Assembly (NCBI GenBank): GCA_028534125.1
Contig: CM052817.1
Span: 107,014,001 to 107,078,000, forward strand
Length of the DNA: 64,000 bases
Source of the DNA: Lama glama
Lineage: Eukaryota
Direction: 5' to 3'
Each line of letters begins with the position of its first letter. Position 1 is the stretch's first letter. This document shows, piece by piece, positions 37,502 to 51,204 of the stretch. The position numbers and the translations under genes were made by a program. The notes beneath the pieces were generated by a model. The model saw nothing but the letters and a program-made list of their open reading frames with translations, had not been told where the DNA came from and did no database searches.

Positions 37502-39684
37502 CATCTGTGAGAGACAGAGTCCAGCCGCTTCTTGTTTCCAGCTCTGAACGGCCCCAAGCAGCTCCTCTGCTCGGCACAGTTTTGGCTTCCACTCCTAACT
37601 GGGGTGTCCTCCTCCCCTCTGGTAAATATGCTGCTTCTAATTCACGTGGATTAAGGGAGTAAACATTACAAAAATAATGCTGTATGGAAAAAAAACATAG
37701 TTTTTAAGTGAAGATCTGAACATCTTTACAAGGCACAGAGTGTGTGCTCTTAACAGCCACACGGCCGACTGATGGCACATCAGAAACTGCTCAGGATCAG
37801 TGCACGGCTTGCACGTGGGGGGCCCCACAGGGCATGGAGCGGGGCTTTCAAAGAAAAAAGCCGCCCGCTCTGCCAAGAAGACCACTGTGCCACTGCCCGG
37901 CACTGAATAAACAGACTTTGAAAGTCTAGATTCAGAGCTGCTTTTTTTTTTCTAAAATTAGAAAACTGCATTATGTGGAAGTCTTAACTGTTCTCCATTA
38001 ATCCCAAGGGTAAAACTTCTATTTATAAAATCCAAGGAAAATAACTCATCTAAATAAAATGTATTTTTTCCCAGAAATGGTAGTTATGACAAAGCATTCA
38101 CCCAAGTCACTGAATTTATCTGCACTTCCTTTCTTGCTATGATTCGCTTTGATACCCTGATCTTCTCCTAAAAAATGACTTACATTACTTTCGGCTGATG
38201 TTTTCCATAAATATGAGACAGAAATGACTTTTCAACACACGCCAAATAAGATAAACGTCCCACAGGAGCCTCCCTGTAAGCTCACGCCCACAGCGTTGGA
38301 GCGTCTCCAGAACACACTTCTGAAGATGTGAACACACTAAGCTATACTGTGGAAGTAATCAATTATTTCTAACCAAAATTCACCTTTGAAACAGCAGAAA
38401 AGTGATGGTTCTAAGGCTGGCTGGTGGGCATACGAGACTTCAGTGTATTGTCTCTACCTCTGCAATCTTGAAAATTTGCATAAGATGCATTAAAGTTTTT
38501 CTTTTTCTCTTGCGTAGAATTACTATTACCTAAATAGTTTTATAGCCACATATACTATAGACACATTATATAATCAATACACTTAAATTATGTGCACATG
38601 GCAATGACACACATTTGCATATTAATAAATTTGCATTTGCAGATTAACCTCATTCCGTTAAACAGACAATTGGTGGTACAATTTTTTCTTATGACAGCTG
38701 TCATCAAAAACATAAAATGAAAGACACTTTGAAAATTATTGTTGCTTTAATTTGAGCCATCTTCTAAATTCCCAATGGTTTTGCCCTTTCTAATAAAACT
38801 TGACTGAATTTTTAAACACTTAACCCACAATCTACTCTAATTTAAATTATTTTCATTAAAAATTTAATCTTAGAAGCATTTAATCCTCTTGACACTTCGC
38901 TCACTTAACAACTAAATATGAAACTGACATGCTCACAAATTAATTAGTGTTTAAACAGTAAAGGGGAAATACATAGAAAAAGCATCCCTTTCACAATTAG
39001 AGCCTGCTGCTATCAAAACTAGCAGGAGCTGGAGGAAATCAACCCTTCCCACGCCGTCCTAGTTGGTCTTTATATGTAAATCCATCTTCCCAAGGTCCTT
39101 TATTTTCTGTTCCAGTTAGGGTAAAATCACTGCATTATATAAGATGTTTTTGATTTTTTTTAATTTAACCCCAGATAACCATAAACAAGGCTGCTGTACC
39201 ACCACAGAGTAGAAGTGATGAGATTTTTATGTGTGGACTGTACAAAAACAACAGTGGTGTAAACTGTGTTTCCCAGAAAAGGGCAGTCAGCTTCACACAA
39301 TGAACGTACTGCACACAGAGATCTAAAACACACCACACCAGTGAGCTGAATCATTCTTTGAAGAGTTAAGAACATTCTGGTTTCTTAAGTATCTGCGCAC
39401 TAAGAAGTAGATTTGTATTTGCCAGGACGGCAAATAATGCTCCGTTTTTTGGTATATTCACCAAGTGGTGTTCCTCACTTTAGGTGGGGAGGGCGAGGGG
39501 GAGGGCCAGGGGAGGGGAGAGGTTATCACTATGGCAGAAATGTCAAAAAATTCTGTGGGTGTACCTTATAGGGCCAAGTATGGACACTGGATGAGTCAGT
39601 GTTTTCATAACTTATCTTTAATCCTATTTCTAAATGACAATAAATGATCACAGAAAATTCTAGCATCCTGTTACTGTTCATCTT

Positions 39685-40034
39685 TTTTTTTTTAACTGAG
39701 CTATAGTCAGTTTACAATGTTGTATCAATTTCTGGTGTACAGCACAATGTTTCAGTCATACATCAATATACATATATTTGTTCTCATATTCTTTTTCACC
39801 ATAAGCTACTACAATATCTTGACTATATTTCCCTGTGCTATACAGTGTAAACTTGTTTATCTAATCTATATATACCTGTCAGTGTCTATAAGTCTCAAAC
39901 TCTCAGTCTGTCCTTACCCACCCCTCTCCCCCCGGCAACCACAAGTCTGTATTCTATGTCTATGAGTCTGTTTCTGTAATTTTATATTTAAGTTCATTTG
40001 CCTTCTTTTATTTTTTCCTCTGATCCCACATGAG
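39685..40034 (-). mobile_element. L1 3'UTR fragment with polyA, sense to RAPGEF2, next to the exon 2 donor
   Basis: Reverse complement is colinear with 15615-15958; perfect TSD tgttcatctt at 39675-39684 and 40035-40044. Confidence 0.92.
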
Positions 40035-40056
40035 TGTTCATCTTACAGTGGCTCAC

Positions 40057-40127
40057 CTCAGCTGATGCTCCCGCAGGTTCGATAAGGCTTCCATACCATG
40101 CAAGTAGGAATACACTATTTCCAGATC
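40057..40127 (-). CDS. RAPGEF2: RAPGEF2 long-isoform coding exon 2 (71 nt, phase 0->2), DLEIVYSYLHGMEALSNLREHQL(R)
   Basis: Minus strand reads ...tttcaaacag|GATCTGGAAATAGTG...CAGCTGAG|gtgagc. Canonical AG/GT; the peptide matches the recalled RAPGEF2/RAPGEF6 N-terminal cNMP-like region and joins in frame with the next exon. Confidence 0.95.
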
Positions 40128-40251
40128 CTGTTTGAAAGAAAGGACAGAAATAATTAGACTTATCAGGAAAAGAGGCTTCTAAAATAAATCATTATACTTA
40201 CAGACCAAATTAAAGGTAGCTTTCTTTAGATACAAGTGGTCTTAGACATTA

Positions 40252-40751
40252 NNNNNNNNNNNNNNNNNNNNNNNNNNNNNNNNNNNNNNNNNNNNNNNNN
40301 NNNNNNNNNNNNNNNNNNNNNNNNNNNNNNNNNNNNNNNNNNNNNNNNNNNNNNNNNNNNNNNNNNNNNNNNNNNNNNNNNNNNNNNNNNNNNNNNNNNN
40401 NNNNNNNNNNNNNNNNNNNNNNNNNNNNNNNNNNNNNNNNNNNNNNNNNNNNNNNNNNNNNNNNNNNNNNNNNNNNNNNNNNNNNNNNNNNNNNNNNNNN
40501 NNNNNNNNNNNNNNNNNNNNNNNNNNNNNNNNNNNNNNNNNNNNNNNNNNNNNNNNNNNNNNNNNNNNNNNNNNNNNNNNNNNNNNNNNNNNNNNNNNNN
40601 NNNNNNNNNNNNNNNNNNNNNNNNNNNNNNNNNNNNNNNNNNNNNNNNNNNNNNNNNNNNNNNNNNNNNNNNNNNNNNNNNNNNNNNNNNNNNNNNNNNN
40701 NNNNNNNNNNNNNNNNNNNNNNNNNNNNNNNNNNNNNNNNNNNNNNNNNNN
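40252..40751. other. Assembly gap (500 N)
   Basis: Run of exactly 500 N. Confidence 0.99.
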
Positions 40752-43411
40752 CTCCCTACACTTTCTACCCTCCTCTCCCCTCTGTGGCCTTTATTAATAC
40801 AACCTACGAGTGGGTGAGGAGCTGCCTTCACAGCCAGGAAACGAGGCAGCTTCCAAGCTGACCCAAAATCTGCCCCACTCTCTGCCTTCCAGAGCAAGCT
40901 TCCTTTTAAGAGCAACCAGGAAACCTGTGGCCTTCCGGGACTTATCTTCTTGGAATCTCTTTTTCTCCCTCTGCACAAACAAGAGACATTCACAGAATGA
41001 AGTTACATTTCTACAAAGCTGATGATGGGAGAAAAAAAACGAAAAACACGCTGGCATGCTTAATCACCCAGAGTGTTCCAGTTGTCCTTTGTGTCAAGAA
41101 ACCTCGGTCTGCAAACAACCCTCTAACGGCCTGCACTGCACCACCAGAGACAAGTCAAAGTCACGTGACTAGGACTGTTTTAAGGGCCCTTTAAAGTTAT
41201 TTTCCCCCCGAATTCTCTGGTTTTGGATACAAACAGGAACCTGTTGTTTTAACCAGGAAGCAGCGTTTTTTTCAGAACAATAGATCTCTTCTAGGAAGGA
41301 CATCCTTTCTTCAAAAATAGATGTTATTTGAAGGCAGATAAAAGTCATAAAACCACTGTAGACCAGGAGGCAAGAACACTGGCCGGCCAACTGGAATGCA
41401 GTTTTCCATGAAAAAGACTCTCCCTCTCCCTCATTTTTCTTTTTTTTGGTCCAAATGTAAACCATGTATCAAAACCCAAAAGCACCCTCTAAGTGACTAG
41501 GACAGTGGCAGCTCACAGCCTGGCAGAACCCTCTGGCTCAGAGTCTGTGAACACAACCCAGGCCCCACGGGAAGGTCGGGGAGGGCTCTCCACCCTGGGC
41601 GCCCTCCCTCGTAGCCCCTTGGAGACTCACCCCGGATGCAGCCAGCCTCGCAGCACACATGTAATGCACTGACAGACAGGTATGAATTTCCCTGTTTACC
41701 AGCACTGGGGGCTGGCTAGCAACTTACGGTGAGTTTAACATGGTCTTTGAAGAGCAGAGGGAAAGGAACTACCCCTCACACACCCCTCCCCGCCACCAGA
41801 CTCTGTCAACAGGGAGGGGGGGCCCACACTGTGCACTCTACTAGGAGAAAAAAAATCCTTTTCCTTTAAAACGAGTTTTGCTTTACATATGAAGCTATGT
41901 ATTTAAACTATAGTCAGGAGTAAGGAAGCCAAAGGTACAACCTTTCTGTTGTAGGATAAATTAAAAAACAAAAAAAGTAAGACTGATTCCTTTAAAAAGA
42001 CTGCATCTAACTCATCAAAGAAACTAAAGTCAAGACGGGCTACAGCTGGTAGCCTGTGGGGACAGGAACCGAGGCCAGGGGCCGGGGAGGGGACATCGGG
42101 GGGCAGAGGGGACAGAGAGAAGCACCCCCTGCCCCGCCAGCAGCCCCAGGACCAGGAACTGCCCACCCAGGTTACTCTCCCTTGCAAAGACAGGAAGGGA
42201 ATTTATCCTTCCCGGCCAGAGATCACCGGCAAGGAATCTGAGAGTAACATCCCAAGCACTGTCACCAAGGACAGTACAAGCCAGAATGTCCCAGGCTCAA
42301 GCTTACGTCCACGGCCAAACCAGGGAGGGGCAGACAGGCGCGAAGTCGGCCAGCCCTGCTGTGCCTACTGACGTGGGGGCTAAGCTTAGGCGTTTCAGCT
42401 GCAAGAGCCCCAATTCTTCTGCACTAAAATATGTTTTAAAACCATCCTCAGAAGGACAGTGGGAAGAATATGGGCTGGGGTGTCAAACGGAGCAAAGCCT
42501 TCATCCTCACCCCATCACCGCCGAGACGTGTGCCCTGGATGTGCTACAGGGTGAACGCTCTCTACTCCGCCCAGGCTGTGTCACTGAAGCATAACACTGT
42601 AACAACACTCGGCACATACAGACCTCCGAAAGAGTAGCCGATTCTATTACCTGTAAGGTTTGAATACAGGAGCGCCAAGAATTATTAAATGTAAACTAGT
42701 CCTGGAATTTATGGACGTGGGAATGTTTATAAATCAGTGCGTCTTTTCATATGAATCTATCTCCCCCCGCAAAAAAGCTGAATGAATGATTTTTAAAGGG
42801 CACCGGGATGTCTGCTTTACACAGCCGGGTTCTCTACCAGGTGTGCTGGTAGAGTACACTAGAGTACACACCTGCCAGCACTTTCCACGTCTTTCTTGTT
42901 CAAGCCGCCTGCTTCCGGGGCTCCCCAGGCTGGCTCCCAGTGAAGCCCACACCAGCCACCTCCTGTGCCCCTTGCACACAAATGGCCAGCAGTTCTGGGG
43001 TCCAGACTAACACAAAGTCCCTCAAAACACACTCCCCTCCCTCTGATCTGGTGAACAGTGCTCACCCACCCCTGTCTCCCACCTGAGCCCCTGCAGCTCT
43101 CACTGGGGCCCCCACAGGTGTGCGGTCACTTTACCTTCCAGGGTCCACCCTGTATCTCCTTGGTCCGAGAATAAACGCTCCAAACAAAGGTGCTGTTACC
43201 TTTTTCCCCTTGTTCTCATCTCTGCATCGGCCCCAGGCAGTGAACCCACTGGAAGCAGAGGAAGAAAAGGGCAGTCCTCTCACCAGGGTAGGGGTGATGC
43301 TAGGCAGGAGCTCCAGCGAACACCGCCCCCAGGAGTAAAAGGGACAGAGGGGACCGTGTCTGCAGTCTGGGTGCCAGGGCCAGGCGGGCACCCCAACCTG
43401 GTCCGGCAGAG

Positions 43412-43442
43412 ACAGTTCTGCAAATGGCCACCAGGTGGCGGG
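43412..43442 (+). promoter_or_regulatory. Strong CTCF-like motif
   Basis: TGGCCACCAGGTGGCG at 43425-43440 fits the CTCF core; acagttct just upstream resembles the CTCF upstream module. Confidence 0.55.
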
Positions 43443-46400
43443 CCAGCCCGGCAGCCCTTCCAGGGCCTGGTCACACACACAGTCACACGGAGGGGACCCG
43501 AGTCTTCACAGGGGTCCTTTCTCCTCTGTCCCTAACGAAAGGGGACACAAGGCCAGGGGGCGAACACAGGCCCACCAGTACTCACTAAAGTCACTTACTG
43601 TAGCATCCCGAACCAGCCTGCCCGCCTCACCCCACCACACATGACTTGGGAAAGGGTCAGGGCGTTTGAAACAAAATGTCCCATCACTACGCTGCTGAGG
43701 CGTCTTGTGCCCCTGGTGCCTCATATCCCAGAGGGTGACATCGCCTCACCCTTCAGGGAAATGGAAGAAAAAAATCCCGGGTGGAGTGTTCAATGTCCAG
43801 GCAAATTCTTAAGCACGCTCTTCAACGGCTAGTCCAGCCCCAGGCCCGGGAAGGATGTCTTTGAGCTCGTTCATGTGCGCCCGGAGGGGTGGGCCTCCTT
43901 CAGGCTCACAGGTCAGAGCCCAGGCAGCCTGGCGCTGTGCTACTGGTCCCCTGCAACTCTGCCGGGCGGGATGTCCTCGGCCCGGGGCCCTGGGGCACTG
44001 CACCCTCACAGGACATGAGGGCAAGGAGTTCCAGAATCAAGACACAGGTTCCAGCTCTCCTGTTTGCCCAAAATTTCCTCGGGTGTTCTTTACAGCTTAA
44101 AAAAAAAAAAGAGTGTTTCTCAACAATTCTTTGACTTGAGACAAAAGCAAGTATGAAGTCAGTATGTCTTGAATGAACCACAAAATCACAAAAAGGACCT
44201 TGGGGCTGACCTGAGCACACCCTCATCCACGGCTACCCAACCTGATGCTGGGAAAGTCACATTTCAGGAGGCGGCTGGCGGGGGTGCTTCCTGAGTTCAA
44301 GGAGCAGGGGACTGTCACACAAGAGCCTCCTTCTCTGTCTACTTTGTCCTGAAGACAATGCACGCATCAGTGGATCAGTGGCCACAGGCATCCCAGGGCC
44401 GTGAGATGAGCCGTGCTGGTCACACCCCATGGTCACTGTCACGGGCAAGGGAAATAACCCCATGAGCAGGTAAGTGTCACTCGCGAAAGCTAAACTTTCT
44501 CATTAGAATAATCGACACAAATTGTAGCTAAAAACTCATCCTGTGGACCAAAATGAGGAGACTCTCAAGCATCTAGATCAGCCCACAATTCCTGTTTTGG
44601 GAGTCGGTGCATTTCCCCTCAGGACCTTGTACACCACCTGGCAGACCGCTTCCCGGAGTCCACGTCCTTCAGGCAGCGAGGACAACTTGTCGAAACACAC
44701 CTTCATTTTGAAGTAACTATCTTATCTCAGGCTCTCAGACTGCAAAGTGTGTAGTCGGATATTAATTCCACGTGTAGAGATGACCACAGCGGAAAAGCAC
44801 CTGCCGTAAACTGAATGCCGACCTGGCCTCTGCGCTCCGTGAATGAGCAAGCAGGCAGAGCGACCGCATTTTAAGTTCTCGCTGAACATCTGATTAAGTA
44901 CAACCTGAAAGGCAAATCAGCTGTACACACATGTGCACACACGTGCCCTCCCTCTTGGACAAAATGATGCTTGGATTGTCTTCTATTTCAGTTTTTTGAA
45001 AAGTGAGCCAAACACGCCCCACCCCCACCCAGTTCTCCTATAATGACACAGTTAAAACTCTGGGCTTGGTGTTTACTTCCCAGGGATGGCCTGGCTCTGG
45101 TTAACCCTGCAGGAACCCAGCTGGCGTGAGTGGGTGGAGGGGACCCCCCCACCTCCAAAACCCCGGCTGCAGGCCTGGCTCTGCAGAACCACCCTCAGGA
45201 CACTTGAACTTCCAAAGGTGAGCTAACTCCAGATGCTCCTTCAACGGGCTGCATTCTGAACCATGCACGGTGCAAATGTCAGTCTTCCTGCAGGAGCGGG
45301 AGCTCAGACAGCCCTGCATAACAAAGGCACAGAGGCCAGGGTCACCGAGGACACAGGCTCTTCACCGCCTCTGAGCAGAGAGGAAGCTCTTCTGAATGGA
45401 AGCAGGTTTTAAATATAGAAAACCTCACTGCTGCCATTTTTCTAGGACAAAAGACGAAAATAATTTGACATCTGTTTTCCCATCTTGAGTGCTTTACAGA
45501 GGAGTCAAACCACCAATAGTATCTCTTATTCTCCAACTTTTCCATTTCTCAAGAGGACAGGAGAAGCAGCTGAGAACATTCCACATATGCAATTAAAGCC
45601 TTCCAGCTCTGTTCGTCGGAAATGAAAGAAAACGTTGAAGAAATTTTAGGTATGATTCAAAGCTGATCTCTTTCAGATCTGTCCGTAATAGGAGAGGTGG
45701 CTGCAAAGAGAAGTTACCTGTCCAACCAGATAAACAAGGGGTGGGGGGGGAGCAGTTACAGAAAAAGAAGCACATTTCAAATGGCGGAGAAGCAACAGAG
45801 ACCATTAAAATACATACACACAATTCTAATCAAGCGCTCCACGGGAAGAGCAGCGGGCCGTAGTTTCTGAAGCATCCTGCCTTTCGATCACGTTTCAAAC
45901 ATCTAACACCTGGCCTCATGCTCCTGCAGCTGTCCTGCCTCCCCCAGCTGCACAGGACGTGGTTTAAATCTGTCGTGTGCACGTCCGATCTTAATGACGG
46001 AATCCATCACATTCAGAAATGAGCATCCTAAACAAAGAGACCTTTGGCCTTCACAACAGCGATACCCTGACATCGCCCCCCACCACACACACACACACAC
46101 ACACACCTGCAGCCCTCAGAGCATCCTTACCAAGATTCCCCAGGCGCCAGGGACCTACCGCCCCAGGAAGCCGGTTACCACAGAGCAGCCGTCCCAGCCG
46201 GGAGGGGATGAGAAGGAAGGGAAGAGGTAATTTCCCTGTGGGATTCGCTAAGCAATTCTGACAACACCACCAAGATACAGTCTAAAAATGCTCTGAGCAG
46301 CAGCACCAGGTTATTCTAAGAACTGTGTCACTTGGAGACATGATGGAGGTTAAGGGAATTTATTTAGATATATTCATCCCTGTCTTATTTTAAATTTCAC

Positions 46401-47139
46401 TTCATTATGGCTTGATCATCATTTTTAGCAGAAAATGTTAGTTAGTAAATAAACTCAAACACTCGATAATTATGGAACCAAATCTACGACATTAGACTAC
46501 TTGGACCTGGCGTGTCATTTAACCTTCCTTAACCCTAACACTCATGGCAGGTACATGCTGCCTCTTAAGGTACTGCATTACTCACGAAGGAAAATATTAG
46601 ATGTCGCTGAACTGGTCCCCACGGTCTTTTCAAATCTCTTACACTTCAGCACGCCAGTGGGGACTCTACCAAACACGTATCCAGGTGATGCCCAAGGAGG
46701 CCAGTCACCTGTGAGTAGAAGGTTCAGTGCAGAACTCTGCAACGCAGAAGGAGGTCTGGCGCACCCCCGGACCCCTCCTCACCCTACACCCCTCCCCCAA
46801 AACACCCACGATGATCCTACCTTCGGTATCGGTGCCCTGAGAGAAAATTAAACGTTTACAAATTTAAAAAGAACAGGAAAAACCAGAATGTGTACTTTTT
46901 CTTCTTTATCACCCTTTTTGTATCTTTTCTGAAATTAGTAAGCCCTTCAGAAAGGACACAGCATTACACGTGCAGTGAGAACACCCCCTAGATTTCTAGA
47001 CCATTAACACTGTGCTTCCCCCATCACTTCCAATTCCCGTCTCAGAAACGCACGTTCCCGCCTGGGCTGTCTTCCCCTGACCCTTCCAAGTCCTTTACAG
47101 CAACAGCACTCTCTCTGCCAAGATTCTGGAATGAGGTAC

Positions 47140-47460
47140 ACCCCTTTGGTCACTGTTCTCAACAATCCAGTTACTGTACAACCTTCTGGAATCTGATCTT
47201 TGCCCTGAAGTTCACTGAAATCTGTTTCTCAGGGATCACCCGTGATCTCTCTAAAACAAAACAGCACTGCCCGTCCCCACTGTGCGGGCACTGCTGTAGG
47301 TGCCAGGGGTGCACCAGTCTACAGAACAAACAAAAACCCCGCCCTGTGGCCATCACGGTCCAGGGACAGGAGGCACTGACCAAGCGAAGTATCAGGAATG
47401 TCAGGGAGTGACAAGCAGTGAGCAGAAAAGACAGCAAAGGGAGGAGTGTGACACATCAGG
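47140..47460. mobile_element. Two abutting L2 relics in opposite orientations
   Basis: ttcactgaaatctgtttctcagggatcacccgtgatctc (plus, RT part) followed by gggcactgctgtaggtgccagggg..acaaaaaccccgccctgtgg (reverse 3' end). Confidence 0.45.
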
Positions 47461-50400
47461 AAGGGGACACAGTGCCCCACCTCCCGCGTTTCCTGGGCCC
47501 CTTGAGGGCTCTGCAGGCTTCACAGGTCTCCCCAAGGTCAGCCCCAAGGTCAGCCCCTGGGCTGGTCCGGGAGCCTCACTCTTCTAAGAAGGAAGAAATC
47601 GCGTCTGCTCTCAGCCCATCTGCACAAGTAACTCCTAGACTCCGACTGTCCTCCCAGACCACCCTGACCACCAACACCCCCCGCCACCACGAGTGACCCT
47701 CTGAAGCGGCTGGTGCATCGCCTCCAACAGCAGCTGAAGTCACACTACATCCCCCCAAACACCAGCTACTTCTGCCGATTCCTTCTCCTCCTCGGCCACG
47801 GGTACAAGTGAAAACCAGAAAAGCTACCTTCCCACTTGGAGTTGCTTGTGGCAGCTCTTTCCTCACACATTTAATTAATTTTTTCAATCCTGTTAAGTTT
47901 CCTGTCATTCTTTTTTCATTCTGTTTCCAGTTCAGGGCTTCCTCCCCTCTCACCACGCATCACACAGACAAAACAAGGGCCCCTGGACAGCTGTCCGTGC
48001 TGTCCCCTGGCTCCTGGGACCCTTCGTGGGCCACCGATTTGACCCCACGCACAGGCACTCGGTGATTCCCGCACTCTGCACTCGGGGTCCCACCCGGGCT
48101 CCTTCGCCCCAGCCTCCACTGCAGGCTGGCCCGCCTCCCAGCCTCCTGACAGGCACCTTGACCAGGAAGCCTGCTGCCAGCCCTCCCTCCCCGTGGCCCC
48201 CTAGGCATTTATTAGGGCATCACTCCTGAGGGAATGCCACAGGTTCATTTGTACTGTTGGTATTTTTCTACATAAAAATGAAGCACCTGCGGGAGCCAGT
48301 CCAGGCGGGCAGTACTTGGGAGGATGTGTGCTCCCAGGGAGGGAGCCTCTCTTGTACCTCCTCACTCCCCATGAACCCCAGAAAGTGTCTGGAACTTAGG
48401 GATCCCAGGGCCTGAGTGGCAAGAGGGCTCCATGGCGAGCAGCTCACCAGCTGCTGGAGTCTGGCTAGTCCTGAGGCTCAGATCCCATAATAAAGTGATG
48501 ACTGCAGTCCCAGTGCAGCAGGGCTGGCCAGTATTCCCTACAGAACAAATCCATCTTTCCTCTGGGGAGGGTGCCCCTCAGACCGAGCCACCCATTCCCG
48601 TCCAACGCTGAGGACCTGCGTGGTCCAGGTTATGCCTCCACTCTTTGTGTCCTCAGAGCAATGACCCACAATTGTCCAGCTCTCACTTTCCAAGTTCTTA
48701 TTTCTCTGCCTTCAAATCTTTTGTTTCTAATTTCTCTTTTATCCCCTGTGATCTTTTTCCCCAATCTTCCACAATACCCACTGCTTGCAGTTTGATGCTT
48801 GTGTCCAACATGGGGTGGGGGCGGGGGAGAACCCTGCTTCTATCCTTAATCTGACACATATTCTCCTCTAATGAATAACTTGAGTTTGCAAATCTCTAGG
48901 GGAAGAGAGGATGCATTTAATTCTATCCATGTACACACAGAATACATAGAAAATCACTGCCGAAACATCTGAGTTGTACGTTTTCCTCTGAGTTAAAAAT
49001 GCACTGACTTTAAAATAGTAGTTACACCAGAAAGAATTAAAACCTTGTACCAGGCAGCCCATTTTAAGTGTTCTATTTGAAGCAACATTACTTTAAACAA
49101 GGCTCCTTTACAATAAGTCATCGTTTAATTAATATCCAAATACCTTGAGAGCCAATAATAGTTCAACAAAACAGCTGGAAATCAAATAGCAGATGGCTTT
49201 ATTTGACTGATGTCATATTAAATAAATTTATCCCACAGACCTTTTCCCTTCCCCCCAAAGGAAAAAAATTCCTTCAAGAAACACAGAAGGCTCTCTGTAT
49301 TAGACTTTCTTTTAAGTTTGCAAAATACATTCCAATATTAAAGATGTTCAGCGGAGCACACTGTTTTTTTGTTTGTTTGTTTGTTTGTTTTGCTTTGGTA
49401 CCATTCTGTGTGTTTGCAATATTTCTGAGTCTTGGAGTTTTGTTTTCCTTAAGACTTAATAGAAAAACAGCAAACTAGACTGAGTCACAAAGCACAACGG
49501 GGGTCTGTAGCTTTATGATCCGGCATTCAGTTTTCTGTTTTGACAGTGGGCTCAATTATTTTTGCAGAGACAGCCTGTCTCTACAGCTTAGTAACAGAAA
49601 GTATCCAGAATATTGGTTTGAAACCTGTTCCTTCAAGACATAATTTAAACCATGATACTCTATTGTCCCCCCCATGTTAGACCCTCCATGAGGGTAACTT
49701 AATTATGATCACTAACAACTACCTATTAAACGCCAGACATTGTACTGGACGTTCTGCATCTACCATCTCTAATTTCTCTAACAGTCCCACATGCGGATAC
49801 TTTATATCTAACAGTTACTAAAGGGGAAGAAATCAGAGACAGTTTTTAAACAGCTGCCCCCCCCCGCCACCGCCACGTACAAAAAAATTAGACTCCATAG
49901 TAAGACTGTCACGAATCTGCTATAGCAGACTTTCCAAATCCCAGGAAGATGCTCGTATTCATTCATCTCATTCATTCACATTCATGATCATATCCTGGGA
50001 TCCATTCATATTCTCTCCTCCCTCCCTCTCCCCTTCTCTCTCCTTAAAAAAAGAAAAAGAAAGAAAAGAAGAATTACCACGAGTGACACATGTTATGGTT
50101 ATCTGGGCAGCAAACTTAAAACGGAAGTAACGTGGCCTTCATGAAACCTTACAGTTAGTCCTGGTGCTGTTTCAACTATGATATAACCACTCAGCAATCA
50201 CCACTCCAAAAAGCGAAAACTAAGTGCGTGCCCGCAGCATTCTATATTTAGAAATACAAGTCCAATCATAACCTATCATTTTTTTTAAAGTTCATCATTT
50301 ATAAACTATTCTCTATTTTGTCACAAACCCAAGTAATATTCACCACACTCAAAGCCACCGGCAACCTCCGGAGCCTGAGATTCAGACCGTGGTCCCCTCA

Positions 50401-50851
50401 CACATCCTGCTGCTGCTTCACAGGCACCTGGACACCCAACAAGGTTCCTACGGTCACTCCTTCCCGACCCCCCTTGACCGTCCGGTACATCCATCATGGC
50501 ATCTTTTTAACTATAAAGCAGTTAGCACGTTAAATATGCCCTCGGTTAAAATGTGCTGAGTCAATGAGTAAAACGTTTCTTCCAGTGCACTGAAAAAGGT
50601 AACTCTCATTTGCATGCCCACCAAATGATTTAAATAAGTTAATTTTAACACCAAATGTTCTTGGATTCCTCTACACAGTTCCACTGGACTGATTTTACTC
50701 CTGGATTTTAAGAAGGGTGAACATCAGTTTAACAAATTATTTTCTGCTATATAGCACGTAAAAAACATGGACTCAGGCAGCATTATTCACAATAGCCAAG
50801 GCATGGAAACAAGCTAAGTGTCTGTGGATGGTTGAATGGATCAAGATATGC

Positions 50852-50884
<33 letters not shown>

Positions 50885-51204
50885 TATACATAATCATAAA
50901 TGTGATATTCTTTTAACATGTATTAGTGGAATATTATTCAGCCTTTAAAAAGAAGGAAATCTTGTCATATGCAACAATGTGGGTGAACTGGAGGGCTTTA
51001 TGCTAAGTGAAATGAGCCAGAGAAAGATAAAAAACAGCTCGCGTGCTGTGTTTTACAGGTAGAAACAAAGTAGTAAAGTGGCTGCCAGGGGCTGGGGTGG
51101 GGGAGGTAGGGGGAGGTCAGTAAAAGGTACAACCTTTCAGTTAGAAGACGGACAAAGTTTGAGGATGTGCATACACCATGGTGACTACAGGTGACAGCAC
51201 TGTA

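Noticed and set aside
47531..47557. Short tandem duplications (cccaaggtcagc x2; also 1236-1261, 26763-26800, 42850-42870)
   Set aside because: Ordinary slippage-scale repeats with no sign of function.
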